DNA of 64,000 nt. Source: Methanotrichaceae archaeon. GTDB taxonomy: Archaea; Halobacteriota; Methanosarcinia; Methanotrichales; Methanotrichaceae. The position numbers and the translations under genes were made by a program. Every line of letters begins with the position of its first letter. Position 1 is the stretch's first letter. Positions 1 through 8,087 of this stretch are shown here, piece by piece. The notes under the pieces were generated by a model. The model made no database searches. It was not told the origin of the DNA and worked only from the letters and a program-made list of their open reading frames with translations. The stretch lies in assembly GCA_963748825.1 (NCBI GenBank), contig CAVVKN010000006.1, positions 96,001 through 160,000 on the forward strand, in the 5' to 3' direction.

Positions 1-8
1 CCAGTAAT

Positions 9-112
9 TCATTTCATACTATTCTCGCAGATCCTCAATGTTTCAAATGTGGCAGTCCCAATGTCTTTTGGTCCGCTTTTCATCCAGCCAACGAATTCCT
101 TGGCGATCTGGC
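9..112 (-). pseudogene. ADP-ribosylglycohydrolase-like fragment
   Basis: Translates IAKEFVGWMKSGPKDIGTATFETL, resembling the IA..F..W....P.DIG..T motif of ADP-ribosylglycohydrolases; joined directly to an unrelated fragment. Confidence 0.45.
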
Positions 113-234
113 TTGGCGGGAAGTCGCTGCAGGAGATCCAGGAGATCACCTTCGAGATCGGCATGCCGGGCAAGTACGGGCTGGATATCAATGATCCCCA
201 GGAGAGCCACGTCCTGCGAGCACTGCCGGGAAGT
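113..234 (+). pseudogene. Internal fragment of a TPR-protein family (C-terminal domain)
   Basis: GKSLQEIQEITFEIGMPGKYGLDINDPQESHVLRALPG; GC-rich, no own start or stop; appears to be the segment missing from 2230-2707 (recalled family sequence). Confidence 0.5.
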
Positions 235-236
235 GG

Positions 237-332
237 CTGTTCAGGGCATCGGCCAGCAGCTCCACGGGGGCGACCAGGACGCTGAAGGTTTCGGGGAGCA
301 GGGAGACGGTCGGGTGGAGATCGATATCCATG
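237..332 (-). pseudogene. 5' fragment of RadA-like PolB2-operon gene (paralog of 10490-11002)
   Basis: MDIDLHPTVSLLPETFSVLVAPVELLADALN aligns with MDFELLPTVSLRSRSFNALTAPREMFIQALN; upstream 352-390 matches 11022-11058. Confidence 0.8.
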
Positions 333-351
333 ATAGGATATGGGTGGCTCT

Positions 352-390
352 GGGGATATGAGGGCGAGGCAAGGGGGCGGGGCGAAAGTG
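352..390 (-). promoter_or_regulatory. Conserved promoter of the RadA-like/PolB2 operon (CACTTTCG-N20-CTCATATC)
   Basis: GGGGATATGAGGGCGAG...GCGGGGCGAAAGTG shared with 11022-11058. Confidence 0.6.
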
Positions 391-469
391 AACGGGACGC
401 TGTTAGTTATTCTTGTCTCAATACTACGATAAAAAGAGCCAGCTCATCGCTGGCGTTTTCAAATATCTA

Positions 470-2161
470 TCAATCAGACTTAAGATTTGCAGCTTGATTC
501 ACCTGCCTCCCGCCTATATAAGTCGCTAAGACCTTTGGGTTGTCTTTGGAAAATTTATCCAATGGCACAGAATAAAGATCCTGGTCGTACACAACTATAT
601 CGGCTTTATAGCCAGGATATAGAACGCCGGTATCGTTTCTCGATGTGGTGGCCGTGCTGCCGATAGTGAAGCCGTGAACGACCTCTCTGACACTGAGGGG
701 CAAGTGCATTTTCGGATCTCCTCCGCCAGTTACTGCAACACTGATCACCATCGTGGCTGGAGAATATTCGGGAGGAGAAACGCTAAAATCTGTGCTGATT
801 CCGACTGGGATTCCGCTATCGATAAGTTTTTTTATGGGATACGCCTGTTCATTGTGTTTTCCGTAATAATAGGCAGTATCGTCTTCTACAGACCAAAACG
901 CAGGCTGGACAGTCATAGCGACATGGCCATCGAATTTTTTGATCCTTTCGATTTGCTCATCGTTAGGGAATCCCATATGTATCAGGGTATGAACTCCTGT
1001 GAGCTTACCTTTTTCGGCTACTACTTTATCGAGCGCGTCAAGTACCGCCTCGATAGCCAGGTCTCCCTGCACATGGTAGTGCATGTTCATCCCGTACTCT
1101 TCAACTTTCTCGACTATGCGTGTGAGGTTCTTCTCCGGTCCGCCTGTATCATTGGTATAAATTTCCTGAATACCATGGTTGCCCTGAAGATTTTGCCAGC
1201 TGGTCCAGGCTTGGCCTCCGGCAAAAGCTCCATCCACAAAGATCTTGCAGCCCAGAAATCGTACCATGTCGGTATCATTGCCTCTGTATTTTGCAGCGTC
1301 ATCTACATCACTCAAGTTAAATATCGTATAGCAGTAGTTGATCCGCAACGGCAGAGTTCCTTCTTTTTCCATCTCATAAAAAAGCTCGGGTCTCATAAAC
1401 CGCACGCCAGTTGCACCCATCAGGTCTACTGCCCCCGTATAACCGAGGGAGGACCAGCGTTTTAGCAGAAGAAGCGTACCTTTCTTTATGTCTTCACCAT
1501 CGAACATGGCGAACATTTTATTCCACGGCAGTATCATGGAAGATTCCCGTAGCATACCTGTAAGCCTGCCATCTTCTACACCCATCTTTCCTCCAATCGG
1601 CACGTTGGTAGCCGGAGTGAGCCCGATCAAGTTCATCGCAGCAGTATTAATGACCGCGTTATGTCCGAGTTTATCACCCAGGAATGCTGGCCGGTTGCCG
1701 GTCACTTTATCTATTTTAGCGAGATCTTCAAGAGACCAATTATCGTAATCTTGGAGAGAGAAGCCTGCCCCAAGGATCGTTCTGTTTCCCGGAATGGATT
1801 TGACTTTATCCGCCAGGACCTTTGCTATAGAATTCGAATCGTTGCAGCCTATCAGGTTCGCTCCCACATAGAAGAAGTACCCCGTTTCCATCAAGTGCAC
1901 GTGGCTATCAATAAAACCGGGATACGCAGCGGACCCATTTAGATCAATGATTGAAGCATCTTTATGCTGCTCTGCGCTGGCATTTATTGCTTTGACCACG
2001 CCGTTTATCACTAGAAGATTATCTACTTTTTTTTCTTCATCAATATAAATTGATCCGTTGGTGAAAAGCTGAACACTGTCATGCTCTGCGGCATTTCCGA
2101 GAAAAGGCCACAAGAAAAACAGGACTAAAATAATACTAAGAAAGCTCTCAATTTTTTTCAT
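470..2161 (-). CDS. Secreted amidohydrolase (YtcJ/amidohydro_3 family)
   Basis: 563 aa; signal peptide, PGFIDSHVH, KIFVDG, HVQGD, STDF metal-binding motifs. Confidence 0.9.
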   Translation of the reverse strand: MKKIESFLSIILVLFFLWPFLGNAAEHDSVQLFTNGSIYIDEEKKVDNLLVINGVVKAINASAEQHKDASIIDLNGSAAYPGFIDSHVHLMETGYFFYVGANLIGCNDSNSIAKVLADKVKSIPGNRTILGAGFSLQDYDNWSLEDLAKIDKVTGNRPAFLGDKLGHNAVINTAAMNLIGLTPATNVPIGGKMGVEDGRLTGMLRESSMILPWNKMFAMFDGEDIKKGTLLLLKRWSSLGYTGAVDLMGATGVRFMRPELFYEMEKEGTLPLRINYCYTIFNLSDVDDAAKYRGNDTDMVRFLGCKIFVDGAFAGGQAWTSWQNLQGNHGIQEIYTNDTGGPEKNLTRIVEKVEEYGMNMHYHVQGDLAIEAVLDALDKVVAEKGKLTGVHTLIHMGFPNDEQIERIKKFDGHVAMTVQPAFWSVEDDTAYYYGKHNEQAYPIKKLIDSGIPVGISTDFSVSPPEYSPATMVISVAVTGGGDPKMHLPLSVREVVHGFTIGSTATTSRNDTGVLYPGYKADIVVYDQDLYSVPLDKFSKDNPKVLATYIGGRQVNQAANLKSD

Positions 2162-2229
2162 GTTTTAAGTTTTCCCTCCTTGCTTAACTTAATTAATTTG
2201 TGGTTAATGTATTTAACTTTATCAGATCA

Positions 2230-2707
2230 GACCAATCCTTGAAAAATCTACCCGAAACCATCCAGCTCGTCCCCGTACCACGTAGCCCTGGCGCTCGGCT
2301 ACCTGCGGGCGGGCGACCTGCTGCGGGCCAAGGAGTACACCATGCAGGCTCTTGCCGCCGATCCCAGGAATCCCGTGGCCCTCAAAAACCTGGGCGCCAT
2401 CCTCGGCAAGGAAGGCAACAGCCTGCGGGCTCTCTACTATCTGCGCCGCTCCTACGAGATCGATCCCCTGGACCCGCAGACCGTGTACGGCCTCGCCTTC
2501 GCCCGTTGAACCGGAGACATGGAGCCGGCCCAGAAGCATTTCCAAAAGGTGCTGGAGATGGAGGCACCCGAGGAGCTGCGCGTTCTGGCCAGAGATGCAC
2601 TGCGCAAGATTGCGGCGCGAGAGTTCAAGGCCAGGGGGCCACGCATGGATATCGGGGTGGATCTGGGCGAGGAATGGGGGATGGCGGAGAGGCTGTTGCC
2701 GAAATAG
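2230..2707 (+). pseudogene. TPR-repeat protein remnant
   Basis: HVALALGYLRAGDLLRAKEYTMQALAADPRNPVALKNLGAILGKEG... TPR motifs, stop/frameshift near 2507, resumes MEPAQKHFQKVLEME; no 5' end. Confidence 0.75.
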
Positions 2708-2779
2708 TTGCATCTTGCTTACGGGTATCCGCTGAAGTGCCGAAAGTTATATCTGCTTTACAATCTTTACAAGATCACC

Positions 2780-2965
2780 ATGCTTGCCACAAAGCGAGTA
2801 GCAGTTACTGAGCCTGTATGGGCCGAGCTATCCGATCTCAGGAAACCGGGGGAGACCTTCAACCAGCTCCTCGCAGAGATGATCGAACGAGAAAAGAAGG
2901 CTCGTTTGATCGAGCGTCTGTTGCAGATTGCCGATGAAGGCGACTATGTGGAGTTGCCTCCTTGA
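2780..2965 (+). CDS. Putative antitoxin (RHH-like small DNA-binding protein)
   Basis: 61 aa MLATKRVAVTEPVWAELSDLRKPGETFNQLL; overlaps the toxin start (TTGA). Confidence 0.75.
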   Translation: MLATKRVAVTEPVWAELSDLRKPGETFNQLLAEMIEREKKARLIERLLQIADEGDYVELPP

Positions 2966-3252
2966 GCCGCAAGGTGGTTATCGATAGAAAGACTCTGTTA
3001 TATCTATCAGAGCTCCCAGAGAAGAGCCAGCGGCTTATTAAAGAGAAGTGCCACGCCCTTGCCGAAGATCCCTTCCCAGGCCAGGGAGGTGATAAGGAGC
3101 TGCTGCATCTCGAATTCAAATTCTATCGATTGCATATTGGTCGATCGTTCACTGTGTTTTATCAAATCTGCGAGGAGGAGGAGCTTGTCAAGATCCTAGA
3201 GATCGTGACTATCGACAAAGCACACAAGCTTTACAAGCATTTCGAGGGGTGA
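2962..3252 (+). CDS. RelE/ParE family toxin
   Basis: 96 aa; LAEDPFPG...FYRLHIGRSFTVFYQI RelE-like pattern. Confidence 0.8.
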   Translation: MSRKVVIDRKTLLYLSELPEKSQRLIKEKCHALAEDPFPGQGGDKELLHLEFKFYRLHIGRSFTVFYQICEEEELVKILEIVTIDKAHKLYKHFEG

Positions 3253-3358
3253 TGCATGCGCATAGACGCCGCTTATTCTCTTCAATCCGGGTGCGCCTTT
3301 TATCTACCTTTTTAATATTCTATTTCCTGTGGAAACCGGAATCAGACGGCTCAAAGCA

Positions 3359-3402
3359 GTTCTATGATATTATTAAGAGTCTTAAGTAAGATGCCATAGA
3401 AC
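3359..3402. promoter_or_regulatory. Imperfect 12-bp inverted repeat (12-20-12) spanning the TATA box of the 3411 gene
   Basis: GTTCTATGATAT-N20-ATGCCATAGAAC; second copy at 18218-18261 with identical spacing. Confidence 0.6.
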
Positions 3403-3410
3403 TATATTGC

Positions 3411-3791
3411 ATGCACCGTACCCCCTCCGGCGATCGCCGCCAGGCCCTCCAGAAGGAAGCCCGGGAGCTGGCCAGGGACGCCCGAATCCTGCAGAAGGTC
3501 GCCCGTGCACCCGCGGCCCGCAGGGAGGCAGAGAGGCTGCAAGGAGAGGCGGAGGCGGCCCTGGCAGAGGCCGAGGCCCTCAAGCACCAGGCCAGGCTGG
3601 AGGATCTCACAGTATGGAAGATGGAGAAGGTCAAGCAGAGCCGAAAGGGCTCCAAGACCTACACCTACTGGATGGCCTCCTGGCGCGAGGACGGCAAGAC
3701 GCGCAATGTGCACCTGGGGAGCGCCAGGAAGATGGATGCCGAGGCGGCAAGGCAGAAGGCCAGGAAGATGAAGGCGGAAGCATTAGGATAG
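3411..3791 (+). CDS. Hypothetical coiled-coil plus beta-hairpin DNA-binding-like protein
   Basis: 126 aa; KTYTYWMASWREDGKTRNVHLGS motif; decayed copies at 18270-18315 and 51654-51790. Confidence 0.75.
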   Translation: MHRTPSGDRRQALQKEARELARDARILQKVARAPAARREAERLQGEAEAALAEAEALKHQARLEDLTVWKMEKVKQSRKGSKTYTYWMASWREDGKTRNVHLGSARKMDAEAARQKARKMKAEALG

Positions 3792-3831
3792 CAAGCCAAA
3801 GAATAGACAGCGGGATAGATTCAAGAAGAGG

Positions 3832-4383
3832 TTAAAGCAGTCCCATGTTCTCAAGCTGCATCCTGACGATCCGTGCCCCTTCTTCGCACTCCTCCGGCGA
3901 TTTGCCGCCCGTGATCACCAGTTTGCCGGAGCTGAAGATGAGCACTACCACTTTGGGCACCTTGATCCTGTAGACCAGCCCAGGAAACTGCTCCGGCTCG
4001 TACTCGATGTTCTCCAGGCCCAGGCCCAGGGCGACGGCGTTTAAGTTCAAGTCCGACTTCAGGTCTGCGGAGGCCACAATATTCTGAACGTGGATCTCAG
4101 GCTCCATATCGATCTTCTCGAAGCCCATGGACTTGAGCGTCTTGGCCAGGGTGGCGATGACCATGCGAACATCCTCGACGTTCTTGGATCCGGTGCATAC
4201 TACCTTGCCGGAAGTGAATATGAGAAAAGCAGCTTTAGGGGCCTTGACTCTGTAGATGAGACCGGGAAACTTCTCCTTGTTATAATCGGCGCCCTCCAGC
4301 TCGGCTTCGATCTTGGGCAGATCGAACGCATCCGCCAGCTTGGTGGATGCCACCACGTTCACGATATCTATTGTGGACTTCAT
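3832..4383 (-). CDS. tbp: TATA-box-binding protein (additional paralog)
   Basis: Two TBP repeats: NVVAS...[12 protein letters not shown]...[11 protein letters not shown] and NIVAS...[12 protein letters not shown]...[11 protein letters not shown]; start taken at MKSTIDI. Confidence 0.95.
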   Translation of the reverse strand: MKSTIDIVNVVASTKLADAFDLPKIEAELEGADYNKEKFPGLIYRVKAPKAAFLIFTSGKVVCTGSKNVEDVRMVIATLAKTLKSMGFEKIDMEPEIHVQNIVASADLKSDLNLNAVALGLGLENIEYEPEQFPGLVYRIKVPKVVVLIFSSGKLVITGGKSPEECEEGARIVRMQLENMGLL

Positions 4384-4474
4384 ATGCACGTATGTCTCTA
4401 AACCTCTCTTTATATAGTCCGGCATTGGGCCTGTGGTGGGCCCTGAAAAATGCCGCCGGCATCAAACGGAGGAT

Positions 4475-4609
4475 TCATTTCGCAAATCTGGCCAACGTCG
4501 CTTTCCTGCGCGTCCATTTCTGCGACTCACGCTGTAGATCTTCTTGCTCTATTGCTTGCCGGCCCGCCCTGCCAACCAAGTTGTCTCTGTTTTTCCTGGG
4601 ACGCCCCAT
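4475..4609 (-). CDS. Small basic protein, 44 aa (below the ORF-track cutoff)
   Basis: MGRPRKNRDNLVGRAGRQAIEQEDLQRESQKWTRRKATLARFAK; GGGGATGAG RBS-like element and AT-rich promoter upstream. Confidence 0.4.
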   Translation of the reverse strand: MGRPRKNRDNLVGRAGRQAIEQEDLQRESQKWTRRKATLARFAK

Positions 4610-4775
4610 ACTCATCCCCACTGATATAATATACTCTAATTTGATTTCTACATTTGAATTCAGAACTATACACTTGCATTATGTTAATATTATATAAATC
4701 TAATGGTTTGGTCTACATTGCACGATTTGTTCCGGTTCCGTTTAACGATAACTTGGTTTTTAAGAAATTATTTAT

Positions 4776-5192
4776 ATGATTATGATATTTGTCAGAAGCG
4801 TAGGAGGAAGCATCATCAGAGAAGTTACTATCAAGGTCGCAGACAAAAAGGACTTGGAGTTCATGCTGGGCCTGGAGAGCCTGGGCATGAAAAGAACCGT
4901 GGCCTGCGTCATAGCATTTCTCAAGGATCAGAAAGAGAGATCTGCCAGGGATATCGAGGTGGCCACCGGCCTGAGGCAGCCGGAAGTCAGCATTGCCATG
5001 CAAACCCTGAGGGAAAGGGACTGGCTCACTGAGCATGAGATCAAGAGCAGCGGAAAAGGCAGACCCTTGAAAATCTATGCTTTACGAGCGACCATCGATG
5101 AAATCATAAATTATTGCGAAGCTGAGAAAAGCAGGGAATCTGCCAGGTTCTCTGAGGCCATCCAGAGGCTGAAGGAACTGAGCTCGGCATAA
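4776..5192 (+). CDS. wHTH transcriptional regulator (ArsR/TrmB-like), copy 1
   Basis: SARDIEVATGLRQPEVSIAMQTLRERDWL...GKGRPLKIY; true start may be ATC at 4812/4815. Confidence 0.85.
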   Translation: MIMIFVRSVGGSIIREVTIKVADKKDLEFMLGLESLGMKRTVACVIAFLKDQKERSARDIEVATGLRQPEVSIAMQTLRERDWLTEHEIKSSGKGRPLKIYALRATIDEIINYCEAEKSRESARFSEAIQRLKELSSA

Positions 5193-5194
5193 GC

Positions 5195-5271
5195 TCAGAA
5201 GGAGATCACTCCTTCGTGGATCTTCGCGCCCAGGCCCACCGCCTCCTCGACTGCTGCCAGGTCCTTCATCA
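5195..5271 (-). repeat. Duplicated 3' end of the 5861-6268 gene
   Basis: Near-identical to 5861-5937. Confidence 0.85.
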
Positions 5272-5289
5272 AAAGTAAAAGAGATGACT

Positions 5290-5388
5290 GGAGCCAGCCA
5301 TAAAGGGAGTATACGGGGTGACTGCCTCCAATTAACAAGTAGTAGTAATAGTTAAAAAGGATCATCCGCGCGCCGCGAAAGTGATTTC
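5290..5388 (-). repeat. About 100-bp promoter-like repeat (CACTTTCG-N17-TTTTTAA), copy 1
   Basis: Matches 7204-7304. Confidence 0.75.
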
Positions 5389-5445
5389 AATGCTCACATT
5401 TGATTCTGCTCATGCAGATTACTTGGTCTTTAAGAAATTATTTAT

Positions 5446-5859
5446 ATGATTGTAATATTTATCAGATATATAGGAGGAAGCATCATCAAAGAAGTTACTA
5501 TCAGGGTTGCTGAAAAGGACATGGAGTTCGTGCAAGGACTGGAGAGCCTGGGCATGAAAAGAACCGTGGCCTGCGTCATAACATTCCTCAAAGATCAAAA
5601 CGAGAGATTTTTCAAAGAAATCGAAACGGCTACGAGACTGAGACAGCCGGAAATCAGCAGAGCCATGCAAATCTTGCGAGAAAATGGCTGGCTTACTGAG
5701 CATTATATTAAGGGCAACGGAAATGGCAGACCCTTGAAAATCTATGCATTACAAGCTACCATCGATGAGATCATAAATTATTACGAAGCTGAGAAAAGCA
5801 GGGAATCTACCATAACCTCTGAGGCAATCCAGAGGCTGAAGGAACTAAGCTCTGCATAA
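5446..5859 (+). CDS. wHTH transcriptional regulator, copy 2
   Basis: Close paralog of 4776-5192, including the upstream promoter. Confidence 0.85.
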   Translation: MIVIFIRYIGGSIIKEVTIRVAEKDMEFVQGLESLGMKRTVACVITFLKDQNERFFKEIETATRLRQPEISRAMQILRENGWLTEHYIKGNGNGRPLKIYALQATIDEIINYYEAEKSRESTITSEAIQRLKELSSA

Positions 5860-5860
5860 A

Positions 5861-6268
5861 TCAGAAGGAGATCTCTCCTTCGTGGATCTTCGCGCCCAGG
5901 CCCACCGCCTCCTCGACTGCTGCCAGGTCCTTCATCAGGAATATCCTCTCGTTCGCAGCCTCCTTGAAGGCCACGGAGTTTTTCAGGATCTGCGCATACT
6001 TGGCGTGTTTGGGGAGCTGGACAACGTAGCCCTTCAGATCCTCCACCAGGTCGTAGTCGAAGCCATTTCGCTCCAGGAGCTTGAGAGCATTGTTCCTTGC
6101 GCCGATGGATTTGAACTCGAAGCGGTATAGGTTTTTGTTGTAATAGTCCAGCAACGCATTGAATAGCTCATGGTTATCGAAGAACTGCTTGAAGACCCAG
6201 AGCTTGCCGAGCTTGAAAAATGTGATAAGCTTACGCCTCTCTATCAAGTCGAAGGTATTGGCCTGCAT
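5861..6268 (-). CDS. Conserved hypothetical protein
   Basis: 135-aa ORF with GC-rich codon usage; ITFFKLGKLWVFKQFFD. Confidence 0.75.
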   Translation of the reverse strand: MQANTFDLIERRKLITFFKLGKLWVFKQFFDNHELFNALLDYYNKNLYRFEFKSIGARNNALKLLERNGFDYDLVEDLKGYVVQLPKHAKYAQILKNSVAFKEAANERIFLMKDLAAVEEAVGLGAKIHEGEISF

Positions 6269-6494
6269 GGGGAGCTCTCCTCGGCGTAATTATCACATTA
6301 ATTCGCGATAAATCTATGGGTAACTCATTGCCTATTGATTAGTACTATTACACCCCAGAAGCGAATCTTCGTGGACCAGCCTGCAAAAGTACTGATAAAT
6401 GGTAAGTAAAATAGTTTCGATAGGATCTGTCCAGTATTATTGTCAGATCTATACGTAATCGTCTATATGATTCTTAAAGGGTGTATTATGTTCT

Positions 6495-6767
6495 ATGAGA
6501 TATCTGCTCCCAATCATGGCCGCTTGCATCCTGATGGCCTTCATGAACACGGCCTTTGCCATGGGCGAAGATATTTCGGATTTGGAGAAACTTATCTCCG
6601 GCAATGAAGATACGCGCATGAATGCCCAGGATCTGGCTTTCTTCCTTGCCACTCATAATTACAACGCTATGCCAAGGGATGGCTATGTGGAGCTGAATCT
6701 GAACTGCATAATCTACAAACTCATCCCCAACAGCGAAAAACCAGGATTATGTGACATAGAATACTGA
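6495..6767 (+). CDS. Small secreted hypothetical protein, copy 1
   Basis: Signal peptide; paralog of 7505-7789. Confidence 0.75.
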   Translation: MRYLLPIMAACILMAFMNTAFAMGEDISDLEKLISGNEDTRMNAQDLAFFLATHNYNAMPRDGYVELNLNCIIYKLIPNSEKPGLCDIEY

Positions 6768-6788
6768 ACTGGCAATTTGGAGGGATAT

Positions 6789-7064
6789 ATGATGACATCA
6801 AAAAGAAGGACTAACGACTTAATTGTATCGCAAATTTTGAAACTATGCGTGCCTGGTGCGAGCAAAACAAGGGTTGTGTATCAGGCCAATCTGAACTTCT
6901 TGACGGTAAATCCATATTTAAATAATTTGATAAAAAATGAATGCATTGAGGCAGTGCATGAGGGCTCCAGGGTTGTCTATAAAACTACGCCAAAAGGGAT
7001 GGATCTGAAAGAGAGATTTGAGCAGTTTCAGAGCGCGATAGGTGAGCTGTATGCATGTGTTTGA
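6789..7064 (+). CDS. Winged-helix regulator (COG3432-like), copy 1
   Basis: GASKTRVVYQANLNF...YKTTPKG. Confidence 0.85.
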   Translation: MMTSKRRTNDLIVSQILKLCVPGASKTRVVYQANLNFLTVNPYLNNLIKNECIEAVHEGSRVVYKTTPKGMDLKERFEQFQSAIGELYACV

Positions 7065-7203
7065 AGCCTGAGACCCTATGGAGCGAGAGTGCTGGTATAA
7101 TAGCAGTAACCAGCCGTTCTTGAGCTCCAATCCAAACCCACCTTCTTTTCTCCAACAGCTTACTTCATCAGGAATACCCTACGCCAGTGTAAAAAGAATA
7201 GCA

Positions 7204-7304
7204 GGAGCCAGCCGCAAAGGGAGTACGAGGGGGAGGCTGTCTCCATTCGAACAAATAGTAGTAATAGTTAAAAAGGATCACCCGTGCGTAGCGAAAGTGA
7301 TTTC
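7204..7304 (-). repeat. About 100-bp promoter-like repeat, copy 2
   Basis: Matches 5290-5388. Confidence 0.75.
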
Positions 7305-7504
7305 TAGCATCTTCCGCCGCCTTCTCCTCCAATGGGATGCCACGAAAGCCCGCCAGAAGTTCCCTAACAGAAAAATCTTTCCTTAATCCTATATAAAAAT
7401 ACTAATCAATGTTAAGGATAATTGTTTCGATAGGATCTGTCTATTATCCTGATCAGATCTAGACGTAATCATCTATATGATCCTCAAAGAGTACATTGTA
7501 CTCT

Positions 7505-7789
7505 ATGAGAGGGAACACGAAATATCTGCTGGCAATCATGGCCGCTTGCATCCTAATGGCCTTCATGAACACGGCCTTCGCCATGAATGAAGATATTTCG
7601 GATTTGAAGAAACTTATCTCTGTCAACGAAGATATTCGCATGAATTCCCAGGACCTGGCCTTCTTCCTTGCTACCCATAATTACAGCACCGTTCCCAAAG
7701 ATGGTTATGTAAATGTAGATCTGAACGGCAAGATCTGTAGACTCGTTCCCAATGGCGATAAGCCGGGATTATGCGATACATCATTCTAG
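7505..7789 (+). CDS. Small secreted hypothetical protein, copy 2
   Basis: Paralog of 6495-6767 (RMNSQDLAFFLATHNY). Confidence 0.75.
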   Translation: MRGNTKYLLAIMAACILMAFMNTAFAMNEDISDLKKLISVNEDIRMNSQDLAFFLATHNYSTVPKDGYVNVDLNGKICRLVPNGDKPGLCDTSF

Positions 7790-7805
7790 TCCAAGGAGCG
7801 GAATA

Positions 7806-8054
7806 ATGAAGAGAAACCGACAGGAAATAATCTCGCAAATACTGGAAATATGCATTAATGGAGCCAGTAAGACCAGAATTGTGTATCAGGCTAACCTCAA
7901 CTTCAAAATGGTAAATCCCTATCTGGATCTTCTGATTAAAAATGAGATGATACAGGTCAACGAAAAACAGGTTACGCTATACGAAACTACGCTGAAGGGC
8001 AAAAGTCTGCTGGAAAAAATGCAAAAAGTCCATGGTGAGCTATCTGAGTTGTGA
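7806..8054 (+). CDS. Winged-helix regulator (COG3432-like), copy 2
   Basis: MKRNRQEIISQILEICINGASKTRIVYQANLNF...YETTLKG. Confidence 0.85.
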   Translation: MKRNRQEIISQILEICINGASKTRIVYQANLNFKMVNPYLDLLIKNEMIQVNEKQVTLYETTLKGKSLLEKMQKVHGELSEL

Positions 8055-8087
8055 AGACCGGATCACTCACCAACCCACGCCGTCTCC

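Noticed and set aside
674-1465. 263-aa plus-strand ORF
   Set aside because: Antisense to the amidohydrolase; no recognisable family.
7335-7370. DATKARQK as another 3411-family remnant
   Set aside because: Too short to distinguish from chance by eye.
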